A stretch of 44,667 nucleotides of DNA, from assembly GCA_038153405.1 (NCBI GenBank), contig JAYOYH010000039.1:1-44667 (forward strand), given 5' to 3'. Source of the stretch: Gemmatimonadota bacterium (GTDB lineage: Bacteria > Latescibacterota > UBA2968 > UBA8231). The position numbers were made by a program, and so were the translations under genes. A model generated the notes under the pieces. The model worked only from the letters and a program-made list of their open reading frames with translations, did no database searches and was not told the DNA's origin. Numbering within the stretch: the stretch's first letter is position 1; the number at the start of each line of letters is the position of its first letter. Positions 1 through 8,257 of the stretch are shown one piece after another.

Positions 1-1050
1 GTCGAAATGGGCCGTCTGCAGGCGCGTGCCGTGGTGCACGCTGCCGCGCTGGGGGAGGAGTTGACCGAGCAGCATGCGCAGCAGCGTGGTCTTGCCGCTG
101 CCGTTGGGACCGACTACGCCTATTTTATCACCGCGCCCGACCATGAGCGAGAAATCGCGAACCTGTGGCAGCCCTTCCCGATAGGCAAAGTAGAGATCCT
201 TCGCTTCGATAACGAGGTCTCCCGAGCGCTCGGCTTCCTGCACGCGCAGGTGCGCATTGCCTTGGCGCATGCGGCGCTGTTGGCGCTCTTCGCGCATTTT
301 CTTTAGCGCGCGCACGCGGCCCTCGTTGCGCGTGCGCCGTGCCGATATGCTCTGGCGCACCCACTTTTCTTCCTCGCCGAGGCGTGCGTCAAAAACGGAT
401 GCCTGCGTCGCTTCCTGCGCCAAGCGCGCATCGCGATTTTTCAGAAAGCCGTCGTAGCTGCCCGGATGCGAATGGAGGTGGCCGCGGTCGATTTCGACAA
501 TGCGCGTGGCCAGGCGGCGGACAAAGGCGCGGTCGTGGCTGACGAAAATGAGGGTGCCTTCCCAGCGCAGGAGGAACTCTTCCAGATAGAGGATTGAATC
601 GAGGTCGAGGTGGTTTGTTGGCTCGTCGAGCAGCAGCAGGTCGGGCTGGGCCGCTAGAGCGCGGGCCAGCAGGACGCGCCGCTTGAGGCCGCCAGACAGT
701 TGGGCAAAGTCGGCCTGCGGATCGAGCTGCAGCCGCGTGAGCGCGCTATCGGCCCAGTGCGCAGGATCGCCGGGGTGGAGGCCCTGCCGCGCGATGTCGA
801 GCACCGATCCCGACGTGCCGTTGGGCACGTCCTGGTCTAGGCGAGCGACCCGCGCCTGGCGTTCGAGCACCAGCTCGCCGCCGTCGGGGCGAATCTCTCC
901 GCTGATCAGTTTCATAAGCGTGGACTTACCCTCGCCGTTGCGCCCGACCAGGCAGACGCGCTCAGCGCGTTCGACCTGTAGGTCGATGCGGTCTAGGATC
1001 GGCGGGCCGCCAAAGGCGATGTGCAGTTGACGCAGATTGAGCACGGGCAT
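1..1050 (-). CDS. uup: ABC-F family ATP-binding protein (Uup-like), 3' end runs off the window
   Basis: Absent from the ORF track; translated by hand from ATG at 1050: MPVLNLRQLHIAFGGPPILD...GRNGEGKST (Walker A), LSGG signature, LLLLDEPTNHLD (Walker B), VSHDR. The frame continues to the left edge, ending ...HGTRLQTAHFD. Confidence 0.9.
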   Translation of the reverse strand, partial: MPVLNLRQLHIAFGGPPILDRIDLQVERAERVCLVGRNGEGKSTLMKLISGEIRPDGGELVLERQARVARLDQDVPNGTSGSVLDIARQGLHPGDPAHWADSALTRLQLDPQADFAQLSGGLKRRVLLARALAAQPDLLLLDEPTNHLDLDSILYLEEFLLRWEGTLIFVSHDRAFVRRLATRIVEIDRGHLHSHPGSYDGFLKNRDARLAQEATQASVFDARLGEEEKWVRQSISARRTRNEGRVRALKKMREERQQRRMRQGNAHLRVQEAERSGDLVIEAKDLYFAYREGLPQVRDFSLMVGRGDKIGVVGPNGSGKTTLLRMLLGQLLPQRGSVHHGTRLQTAHFD

Positions 1051-1292
1051 GGGGTGCGCTGACGAAAGGGTTATTGAGAAACTCAAAGATACTTCTCGGC
1101 CTGCAGTAGGCAATAGCTTCACCACGAGTAGGGCATAGGCATCTTGTGTAGAATCACCTTTTCTGACTGATTAGGACCAGCCAAAGCGTCCGCTATACTG
1201 TGCGACCGGCTTCGGGGCGACAGCGAAGCTGCAACGGCACCTGGTGCGCTTGCGTCCATCCCATTGGCATTCACCCCACTCCCCCGTACGGA

Positions 1293-3626
1293 ATGTATCG
1301 CTCGACATCTCCCAACACGTGCTTAGTGCCAGATCGCCTTGGGCTGTTAGTGCGGTGCGCCATTTTTTTCTGGTGTCTAAGCACCGCCAACGCGGACGAA
1401 CTGCGTTTTAATGGTGCAGCCGCTTGGAGCGCGTGGAACCTTCCGGAAGGGCTAATAGAGTTTGATGCACAGGGTGGACTGCATCTGGTGCGCTACGATG
1501 GACGCATTGATGCGGTTGCCACGGCGCGCTCTTATCAGCACCTGACCAAGGAGCGCGGCGTGCGACGCGGTGGTATCTGGCAGGTGGGGTCGGGCGCCGC
1601 TACGGCGGCCCGCGCTATCGACGGCGATGTGAGCACCTACTGGCAGCCCAGCGCGCGCGACGGACTGCTCGATTGGCGCATAGAAGTAGACCTAGGCCGC
1701 GCAGTGTTGGCACAGGAAGTGGTACTGCGCTTTCCCGACGAACCGGGCGCGCGTCCGTTCCGCCAGTTTGACGTCTACGTTAGTTCGGGCAATCGCTTTC
1801 GCGGGCGCAGCGACGACGTCTTTATCCATCAGCAGATTTACGAGACAACGCTGCCCAACCGCGCGACGGAGATACGCATACCGCTGTCGTTTGAATTGGC
1901 CGATACGCTTATTGCGCTGGACGAAGCGGTCGATGTCGAGTCGCTCAAAAACTTCTTGCCGGTGCAGTATGTGCGGCTCGAAGCGAGTGCGCTGAGCGAG
2001 GAGGCTGCGCTGGCCGAGATTGAGGTGCGCGGCATGGGGGGCAATGTCGGTCCGGGTGCGCTGGCGCGCGGCGGGGCCATCAAGGGCGGCGAGCGGGCCA
2101 GCAGCCTATTTAACGCCATCGACGGCGATATGGATACGCGCGTATCGCTGCGCAGGGGACCCATTGTCGACAATAGCTGGCGAGCCAGTGGCATGTGGCT
2201 GCAGGTGGATCTGGGTGCCGAGTTTTGGGTCGATCGCCTATTCCTATCGCCCCTGCGCTCCATTTTTGCTCTCAGTACAGCTCAGCGCCTGCTAGTCGAG
2301 GGAGAAAACGCCGGCCTGTCGACGTTTTTGGTCGAAGACGACATCGTCGGCAACTACGATCATTTCTTCTACGCGTTCCGTCCGCGCAAAATACGCCATC
2401 TGATTTTTCACAGCCTCGACGAAGTCGACTGGGGCGGCAGCATAGATGAGTTTATGATCTATGCTACCGGTCATCCGGCCGAAGTCGTGCTGCGCTCCGA
2501 CTACATTGATCTAGGACAGATCGCCGGCGATAGGCGCGCCAAGGCCATTAGCAATCTTAGCTGGGATGCCGAGGTGCCGTTGGGTACGCGCATCCAGCTG
2601 CGCTCGCGCTCGGGCGACTCGCTGCGCGAGGAATACACCTTCTACGACCGCAAAGGCGATATTATTACGCAGCGCACCTGGAATAGCACGCCCAAAGTCC
2701 TGCGCGGCCCGATCGACTCGGCTGTCGTCGTCTCGGACGACTGGGACGAGTGGAGCAATGTCTATCAGGTTTCCGGCGAGTCTTTCAAGTCGCGGACGCC
2801 GGCCCGTCTCGTACAATTAGAGGCTATTCTCGCCACGGACGACCCGCAGGTCGCGCCCGTGCTGCGCCATTTGGCGCTCCATTTCAGCGGTGCGCTGGTG
2901 CAGGAAGCGCTGGGGCGCGTGCTGCCTCGCCAGGTCGAAGCCAACCAGCCGGTGCGTTTTAGCTATGTGCTGTGGCCGCAGAGCGACGGGGACGATCGCG
3001 GCTTTAACCGGTTGAGAATGGTCGTTCCAGGTCCGGTTGACCGCGCTGATATCGCGCTGGCCATCGGCTCGGCTCCCGTGCAACCGGTTGACGCATTTGT
3101 CGAGGCCGATTCGCTGCTTTACGTGGAGCTGCCGAGCGCAGTCAGGACGGATTCGCTGCGGATTGATTTTGTTGCGCGCGTGCTGCAAAATGCCACCCAG
3201 TTTGCCGTGCATCTGGGCCACGAGCTTGAGCCCACTATTTGGCAGGCCGTTACGCCATTAGAGCGCCACGCCGACGTGGTGTTTACGCCCGGCTTGGTTG
3301 GACGTGGACCGACCATTGACGATCTGGATATCACGCCGATGGTGGTCACGCCCAACGGCGATGGCGTCAACGATCGGATCGCTATTCGCTTTGTCGTTCT
3401 CAACGTGCAAGGGAGCCAGCCGCGCGTGCGCATTTGCGATCTGAGCGGTGCGCGCATCGCGGAGTTGGAGCGCGGCGGCGGTGGCCGCGGCGTTGCCGAG
3501 TACAGTTGGGACGGCCGCGATCAAGCCGGCCGGCCCGTTGCACCGGGGCTTTACATCTGCGCAGTCGAGATAGAGGCCAACGCACAGACGGTGCGCGCCG
3601 CGCGTTCCATTGCCGTAGTATACTAG
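1293..3626 (+). CDS. Large secreted protein with discoidin/F5-8C-like motifs and a C-terminal FlgD-Ig / CHU_C-like domain
   Basis: Signal-peptide-like LLVRCAIFFWCLSTANA-DE; two AIDGD...[IL][EQ]VDLG motifs; C-terminal TPNGDGVND...RICDLSG...WDGRDQAGRPVAPGLY. Start uncertain (1200, 1293 or 1326). Confidence 0.75.
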   Translation: MYRSTSPNTCLVPDRLGLLVRCAIFFWCLSTANADELRFNGAAAWSAWNLPEGLIEFDAQGGLHLVRYDGRIDAVATARSYQHLTKERGVRRGGIWQVGSGAATAARAIDGDVSTYWQPSARDGLLDWRIEVDLGRAVLAQEVVLRFPDEPGARPFRQFDVYVSSGNRFRGRSDDVFIHQQIYETTLPNRATEIRIPLSFELADTLIALDEAVDVESLKNFLPVQYVRLEASALSEEAALAEIEVRGMGGNVGPGALARGGAIKGGERASSLFNAIDGDMDTRVSLRRGPIVDNSWRASGMWLQVDLGAEFWVDRLFLSPLRSIFALSTAQRLLVEGENAGLSTFLVEDDIVGNYDHFFYAFRPRKIRHLIFHSLDEVDWGGSIDEFMIYATGHPAEVVLRSDYIDLGQIAGDRRAKAISNLSWDAEVPLGTRIQLRSRSGDSLREEYTFYDRKGDIITQRTWNSTPKVLRGPIDSAVVVSDDWDEWSNVYQVSGESFKSRTPARLVQLEAILATDDPQVAPVLRHLALHFSGALVQEALGRVLPRQVEANQPVRFSYVLWPQSDGDDRGFNRLRMVVPGPVDRADIALAIGSAPVQPVDAFVEADSLLYVELPSAVRTDSLRIDFVARVLQNATQFAVHLGHELEPTIWQAVTPLERHADVVFTPGLVGRGPTIDDLDITPMVVTPNGDGVNDRIAIRFVVLNVQGSQPRVRICDLSGARIAELERGGGGRGVAEYSWDGRDQAGRPVAPGLYICAVEIEANAQTVRAARSIAVVY

Positions 3627-3629
3627 CGC

Positions 3630-4079
3630 TCACCGATACGAGTAGAGCAAAGACTCGTCTTTGTTTGGACCGCGAACGGTCCAGGCCAACAGCAGGGCAT
3701 TTTCTTCTACGGAGAGCTGTGCGTCGTAGAAGTCGTCGTTGCACCGATGGGGTATAGCCGCGCGCAGGTGTCCCGTCGTCGCAATCAGATCGAGCAGAAA
3801 GACAGGTCGCTCGGCGCCGAAGCGCAGGTGTTCGAGGGCGATGTGGTCGTCAATCAGCGTCCATCGGTAGGTGTTGCGAAAGGGCAGGCGCGCGCCACGC
3901 GCGCTGTGCCAGTAGCCCGATTCGCTAAACAAGATTGCGTCGGCGCTGGGAGAATCGACTTTAACGCGTCCTTCGCCCTTGCCGTTCCAGCCCGTCTGCA
4001 AGCGACTGCGGCATTGGATGGCCAGCGCGCGCACGCGCTGAAGGCGCTGCCATATCGAGGCAATACATAGGTCGTTCAT
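3630..4079 (-). CDS. DUF6314-like protein
   Basis: GWNGKGEG, FSESG, NTYRW, HLRFG..PVFL, PHRCNDDFY, WTVRGPNKD pattern. Start placed at ATG 4079. Confidence 0.7.
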   Translation of the reverse strand: MNDLCIASIWQRLQRVRALAIQCRSRLQTGWNGKGEGRVKVDSPSADAILFSESGYWHSARGARLPFRNTYRWTLIDDHIALEHLRFGAERPVFLLDLIATTGHLRAAIPHRCNDDFYDAQLSVEENALLLAWTVRGPNKDESLLYSYR

Positions 4080-4165
4080 AGTGTGTGCCTTCGATTTGCT
4101 GCGGTAGTGCGCGTGGCGTTGTGCGACGCGATATACGCAAGAAGGTAAACAAGGAGACGGCGGGT

Positions 4166-4891
4166 TTGAAATGCACGAACCCCGAGTGGCATCAGCAATT
4201 GACGTCGACCAATAGCGTGCTGATAGAACGCGTGCGCAGCGGCGCTTCACTGCCCGACGGCTTTGTGCTGGCCGCGCGCGAGCAGACGGCCGGCCGTGGC
4301 CGCTCCGATCGCCGCTGGGTGGCCCATGCAGGGCGCAATCTCACCTTTTCTTTTCTGCTGCGCGGTCCCATCGACTTTCCGCGCATCGCGTCGTTGCCCA
4401 TGGCTTCGGCGTTGGGGGTGGCCGACGCGCTGGAAACGCTGGGCTTGGTCGTGCAGACGAAGTGGCCCAACGATTTGCTGATTGAGCGCCGCAAAATCTG
4501 CGGGGTGCTCGCCGAGAGCTGTGCGGCTGATGCCGTAATCGTCGGCATCGGTCTCAACGTCAATATGCGCAGAGAAGAGGCCGAAAGCATCGGTAGGCCG
4601 GCGACGTCGATTGCCATGGAAAAGGGCGAAGAATACGACGTGCAAGAGACGCTGGGTTTTGTCTTACCCCCCATAGAGCGTTGGATTAGCCGCTGGCGCG
4701 CGCACGGATTCAGCGCTCTGCGAGAAGCGTGGACACAGCGCTGTGCCAACGTAGGCGAGTATGTGGAGGTCGGTGATGGCGAGGAGCGCAAAACGGGTGT
4801 CGTTATGGGCTTCGGCGAAGCCGGACAGATGCTGCTACGCGAAGACGACGGTCGCCGGATTGAAGTATGGGTTGGCGACGTGACGTCCTGA
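4166..4891 (+). CDS. birA: Biotin--[acetyl-CoA carboxylase] ligase (no N-terminal HTH)
   Basis: STN, AREQTAGRGRSDRRW, KWPND, KICGVL, GIGLNV motifs. AAGGAG RBS at 4151 upstream of TTG 4166. Confidence 0.93.
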   Translation: MKCTNPEWHQQLTSTNSVLIERVRSGASLPDGFVLAAREQTAGRGRSDRRWVAHAGRNLTFSFLLRGPIDFPRIASLPMASALGVADALETLGLVVQTKWPNDLLIERRKICGVLAESCAADAVIVGIGLNVNMRREEAESIGRPATSIAMEKGEEYDVQETLGFVLPPIERWISRWRAHGFSALREAWTQRCANVGEYVEVGDGEERKTGVVMGFGEAGQMLLREDDGRRIEVWVGDVTS

Positions 4892-4901
4892 ACCCCGCGT
4901 T

Positions 4902-6707
4902 CTAACTCAAGTGCGCCAGCACGTCGCCGGCCGCGACTTGGTTGCCTGTCGATACCGAAATGTCGGTGATGGTGCCGGCGGAGGGTGCGGTAATTAGCAC
5001 TTCCATTTTCATTGCTTCCAGCACCAATATGCCCTCTCCGCTTTCGACGCGGTCGCCGACCTGGGCCAGCAGGCGGATGACCTTACCCGGCATCTCGGCT
5101 TTAACCTCCGTGCCGCCGCTGGTCTGCGCTGCGCTCGGTGCGCTCTCGCCGCCGCTGGCCGCACCCATTGCCACGCTGTAGCTGCGCCCGTTGACCGTGG
5201 CCGTATTGCCCTCGATGGCCACGCTGTAGTCGCGTCCGTCGACGCTAATGGTGTAGTGCGCGGGGCCGCTCGCCTGTGCGGTGGTAGGTGTCCTTTCGGC
5301 CTTCTCCACTTTGCGCACGCCGACCTCTCCCTTACCCTGGAGAAAGTCGATGCCCTTGCCCTTGCAGGTCGATGCGATAAAGATGTTTTCGTCCGTCTCT
5401 TCTAGGCCCGCTTCGCGCAGCTGACGTCGGGCGGGCTCGACGCCCTTGTTCGGGTCGGCGTCGTTGCGTTCGAGCGGTGGTTGCGTGGTCGGCTCCAAGC
5501 CGAGCTGTTCGGCCGCTATGCGGATAATGTCGGGATCAGCCGGCACGGGCGTCTTGCCGAAATAGCCCAAGACCATCTGCCCATAGGGTTCGGCAATGCG
5601 CTTCCAGGGGCCGAACATGACGTTGTTAAAGGCCTGCTGAAAGTAGAACTGCGAAACCGGTGTGACGGATGTGCCAAAGCCGCCCTTTTCGACGACTTCG
5701 CGCATGGCCTTTATCATGTCGGGGTACTTGTCCATGATGCCGTTGTCGCGCAGCATCTGCGTGTTGGCCGTCAGCGCGCCGCCGGGCATTGGACTCCAGG
5801 GAATCATGGGCTCGACGGCGACGGCTTCGGGCGGCAGGAAGTAATCGGCCATGCACTCTTTGAATACCTCTTCTGCATCGCGCACTTTGTCGATGTCGAC
5901 GTCGAGATCGTAGTCTGAGCCGCGCAGGGCATGCCACATAACGATGAGGTCGGGCTGACAGGTGCCGCCCGAGCAGGGGGCCAGCGACAGGTCAATGGCG
6001 TCGGCCCCGGCGTCGAGCGCGGCTTGGTTCGACACCACGCCGATGCCGGCCGTTTCGTGCGTGTGAAAGTGAATGAAAGTACCCTCTGGTAGCATGGCGC
6101 GCGCGCGCTTGATCGTCTCGTACACTTTGGCCGGCACGGCGGTGCCCGACGCATCTTTAAAGCAGACAGAGCCGTAGGGAATGCCGGCGTCGAGAATGGC
6201 GCGCAGGGTGCTCTCGTAGAAATCGGCATCGTGTGCGCCCTCGCAGCCAGGCGGTAGCTCCATGAGGGTGACGCAGACTTGGTGGTGCAGTCCGGCGTCG
6301 ACGATGCACTGGCCAGAGTAGATCAGATTGTTGACGTCGTTGAGCGCATCGAAATTGCGAATGGTGGAGATGCCGTGTTTCTTGAACAGGTCAGCGTGCA
6401 TTTTAACGATGTCGCTCGACTGGGATTCTAGACCGACGACATTTACGCCGCGCGCTAGTGTCTGCAGGTTGGCGTCGGGACCCGCCGTGGCGCGGAAAGC
6501 GTCCATCATGGCGAAGGCGTCTTCGTTGCAATAAAAGTAGAGCGATTGAAAGCGCGCACCGCCGCCCGCTTCGAAATAGTCGATGCCAGCATCGCGCGCC
6601 GCCTCTAAGGCAGGCAAAAAGTCCTCGGTGAAAACGCGCGCTCCATAGACGGATTGAAAGCCGTCGCGGAAGGCAGTGCACATAAAGCGGACTTTTTTCT
6701 TAGTCAC
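4902..6707 (-). CDS. oadA: Oxaloacetate decarboxylase alpha subunit / pyruvate carboxylase subunit B (carboxyltransferase + biotin carrier)
   Basis: RDGFQS, FKD, HFHTH, PGGA and VTPVSQ carboxyltransferase motifs; C-terminal EAMKM biotinylation site; operonic with oadB and oadG. Confidence 0.9.
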   Translation of the reverse strand: MTKKKVRFMCTAFRDGFQSVYGARVFTEDFLPALEAARDAGIDYFEAGGGARFQSLYFYCNEDAFAMMDAFRATAGPDANLQTLARGVNVVGLESQSSDIVKMHADLFKKHGISTIRNFDALNDVNNLIYSGQCIVDAGLHHQVCVTLMELPPGCEGAHDADFYESTLRAILDAGIPYGSVCFKDASGTAVPAKVYETIKRARAMLPEGTFIHFHTHETAGIGVVSNQAALDAGADAIDLSLAPCSGGTCQPDLIVMWHALRGSDYDLDVDIDKVRDAEEVFKECMADYFLPPEAVAVEPMIPWSPMPGGALTANTQMLRDNGIMDKYPDMIKAMREVVEKGGFGTSVTPVSQFYFQQAFNNVMFGPWKRIAEPYGQMVLGYFGKTPVPADPDIIRIAAEQLGLEPTTQPPLERNDADPNKGVEPARRQLREAGLEETDENIFIASTCKGKGIDFLQGKGEVGVRKVEKAERTPTTAQASGPAHYTISVDGRDYSVAIEGNTATVNGRSYSVAMGAASGGESAPSAAQTSGGTEVKAEMPGKVIRLLAQVGDRVESGEGILVLEAMKMEVLITAPSAGTITDISVSTGNQVAAGDVLAHLS

Positions 6708-6728
6708 GTAACACGTCCTTTTTTGCGT

Positions 6729-7856
6729 TTATCCAACCAGCACAGACCAGAGAATACCCGCGGCGACGGCCGAGCCAATAACGCCGGCGACGTTGGGAGC
6801 CATCGCGTGCATGAGAAGAAAGTTCTGCGGGTCTTCCTGCTGGCCGATCATCTGCACTACGCGCGCCGAGTCGGGTACGGCCGAAACGCCGGCAGCCCCG
6901 ACGAGAGGGTTTATTTTGTCTTTGAGGAATAGGTTCATAAACTTGGCAAAGAGCACGCCGCAGGCCGTGGCCACGGCAAACGACGTGGCACCGAGGGCGA
7001 AGATGAGCAGTGAATCGGGCGTCAGAAAGGTCTGCGCCTGGGTCGAACAGCCCACGGAGAAGCCGAGCAGAATGGTTACGATATCGATGAGAGCATGGCG
7101 CGCCGTGTCGGCCAGGCGTTCGGTGACGCCGCTTTCCTTGAGCAGGTTGCCGAAAAACAGCATGCCGATTAGGACGATGGCTCCGGGAGCAATGAGTGCG
7201 CAGATCAGAAAGGCGGCAATGGGGAAGATGATTTTTTCGCGCTGGGAAACGGCGCGGGGTGCCTTCATGCGTATTCTGCGCTCTTGGCGCGTGGTAAGGA
7301 GCTTCATAATGGGGGGCTGAATAACCGGCACTAGCGCCATGTAGGAGTAGGCGGCTATGGCTATGGCGCCGAGTAGGTGCGGCGCCAGTTTGGCAGAGAG
7401 AAAGATGGCCGTAGGGCCATCGGCGCCGCCGATGATGCCGATGGCACCGGATTCGGCGGGCGTGAAGCCCAGGTAAAGTGCGCCGATCAGCGTCAGAAAA
7501 ATACCCATCTGTGCCGCCGCGCCCAAGAGCACGAGGCGCGGGTTGGACAGCATTGTAGAGAAATCGGTCATCGCGCCGATGCCCAAGAAGATCAGCGGCG
7601 GAAAAATGCCCTGGCTGACGCCGTAGTATATGTAGCTGAGCACGCTGCCTTCGTCATAGACGCCAACCGGCATGCCGGCGACGGGCGGAATATTGCCGAC
7701 GATGCAGCCAAAGCCGATGGGCAGCAGCAGCAGCGGTTCGTAGTCTTTGCGAATCGCCAAGCCAATGAAGATCATGCCGATGGCGATCATCACGAGATTG
7801 CCGGCGGACATATTGGCAACGCCGGTGGTTTTGAGAAACTCCAGCAGAATGCTCAT
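6729..7856 (-). CDS. oadB: Na+-translocating decarboxylase beta subunit
   Basis: EPLLLLPIGFG, GAMTDF, IGIIGGADGPT, YSYMALVP, GVSAVP, HAMAPNVAGVIGSA. Confidence 0.96.
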   Translation of the reverse strand: MSILLEFLKTTGVANMSAGNLVMIAIGMIFIGLAIRKDYEPLLLLPIGFGCIVGNIPPVAGMPVGVYDEGSVLSYIYYGVSQGIFPPLIFLGIGAMTDFSTMLSNPRLVLLGAAAQMGIFLTLIGALYLGFTPAESGAIGIIGGADGPTAIFLSAKLAPHLLGAIAIAAYSYMALVPVIQPPIMKLLTTRQERRIRMKAPRAVSQREKIIFPIAAFLICALIAPGAIVLIGMLFFGNLLKESGVTERLADTARHALIDIVTILLGFSVGCSTQAQTFLTPDSLLIFALGATSFAVATACGVLFAKFMNLFLKDKINPLVGAAGVSAVPDSARVVQMIGQQEDPQNFLLMHAMAPNVAGVIGSAVAAGILWSVLVG

Positions 7857-8128
7857 GTGCGCCCCGTCGTGCGGCTGTGCAGCGCATAGGCAATAGCTGC
7901 GGCGATGGCTTCCTCGTCGTCGTCGCCGTGCCGGGAGCGGGCCTTGGGTGCGGCATGGTGGTGGACTTCTGGGATATAGCGATTGACGAAGACTAGGATG
8001 CGCGGCAGCAGAGCGATAAATGCGCTGACCATCAACAGGGCGATAAAGACGATGGTCATACCTGTCAGAGCTAGCGCAAAGCCCTGCCCGTCTAAAATAT
8101 TCTGATAGCTAAAACTTAATTCTAACAT
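7853..8128 (-). CDS. oadG: Na+-translocating decarboxylase gamma subunit (OadG family)
   Basis: Single TM helix with GMTIVF, then a His/Pro/Ala linker and AIAAAIA. 4-bp overlap with oadB. Confidence 0.85.
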   Translation of the reverse strand: MLELSFSYQNILDGQGFALALTGMTIVFIALLMVSAFIALLPRILVFVNRYIPEVHHHAAPKARSRHGDDDEEAIAAAIAYALHSRTTGRT

Positions 8129-8257
8129 GGCCGTGAAAATCAATCTCGATCAGAGGTGTTGGGTACAGCGCATGCAGGAATACATAATATGCGACCTTTA
8201 AGTCAACATTGATATAGGGTTGGGCCACATTTCTACTGAATAGGCCGGACTCTATTT

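Noticed and set aside
7..1030. Several + strand ORFs in the supplied track
   Set aside because: Antisense shadows of the minus-strand ABC-F gene that the track missed.
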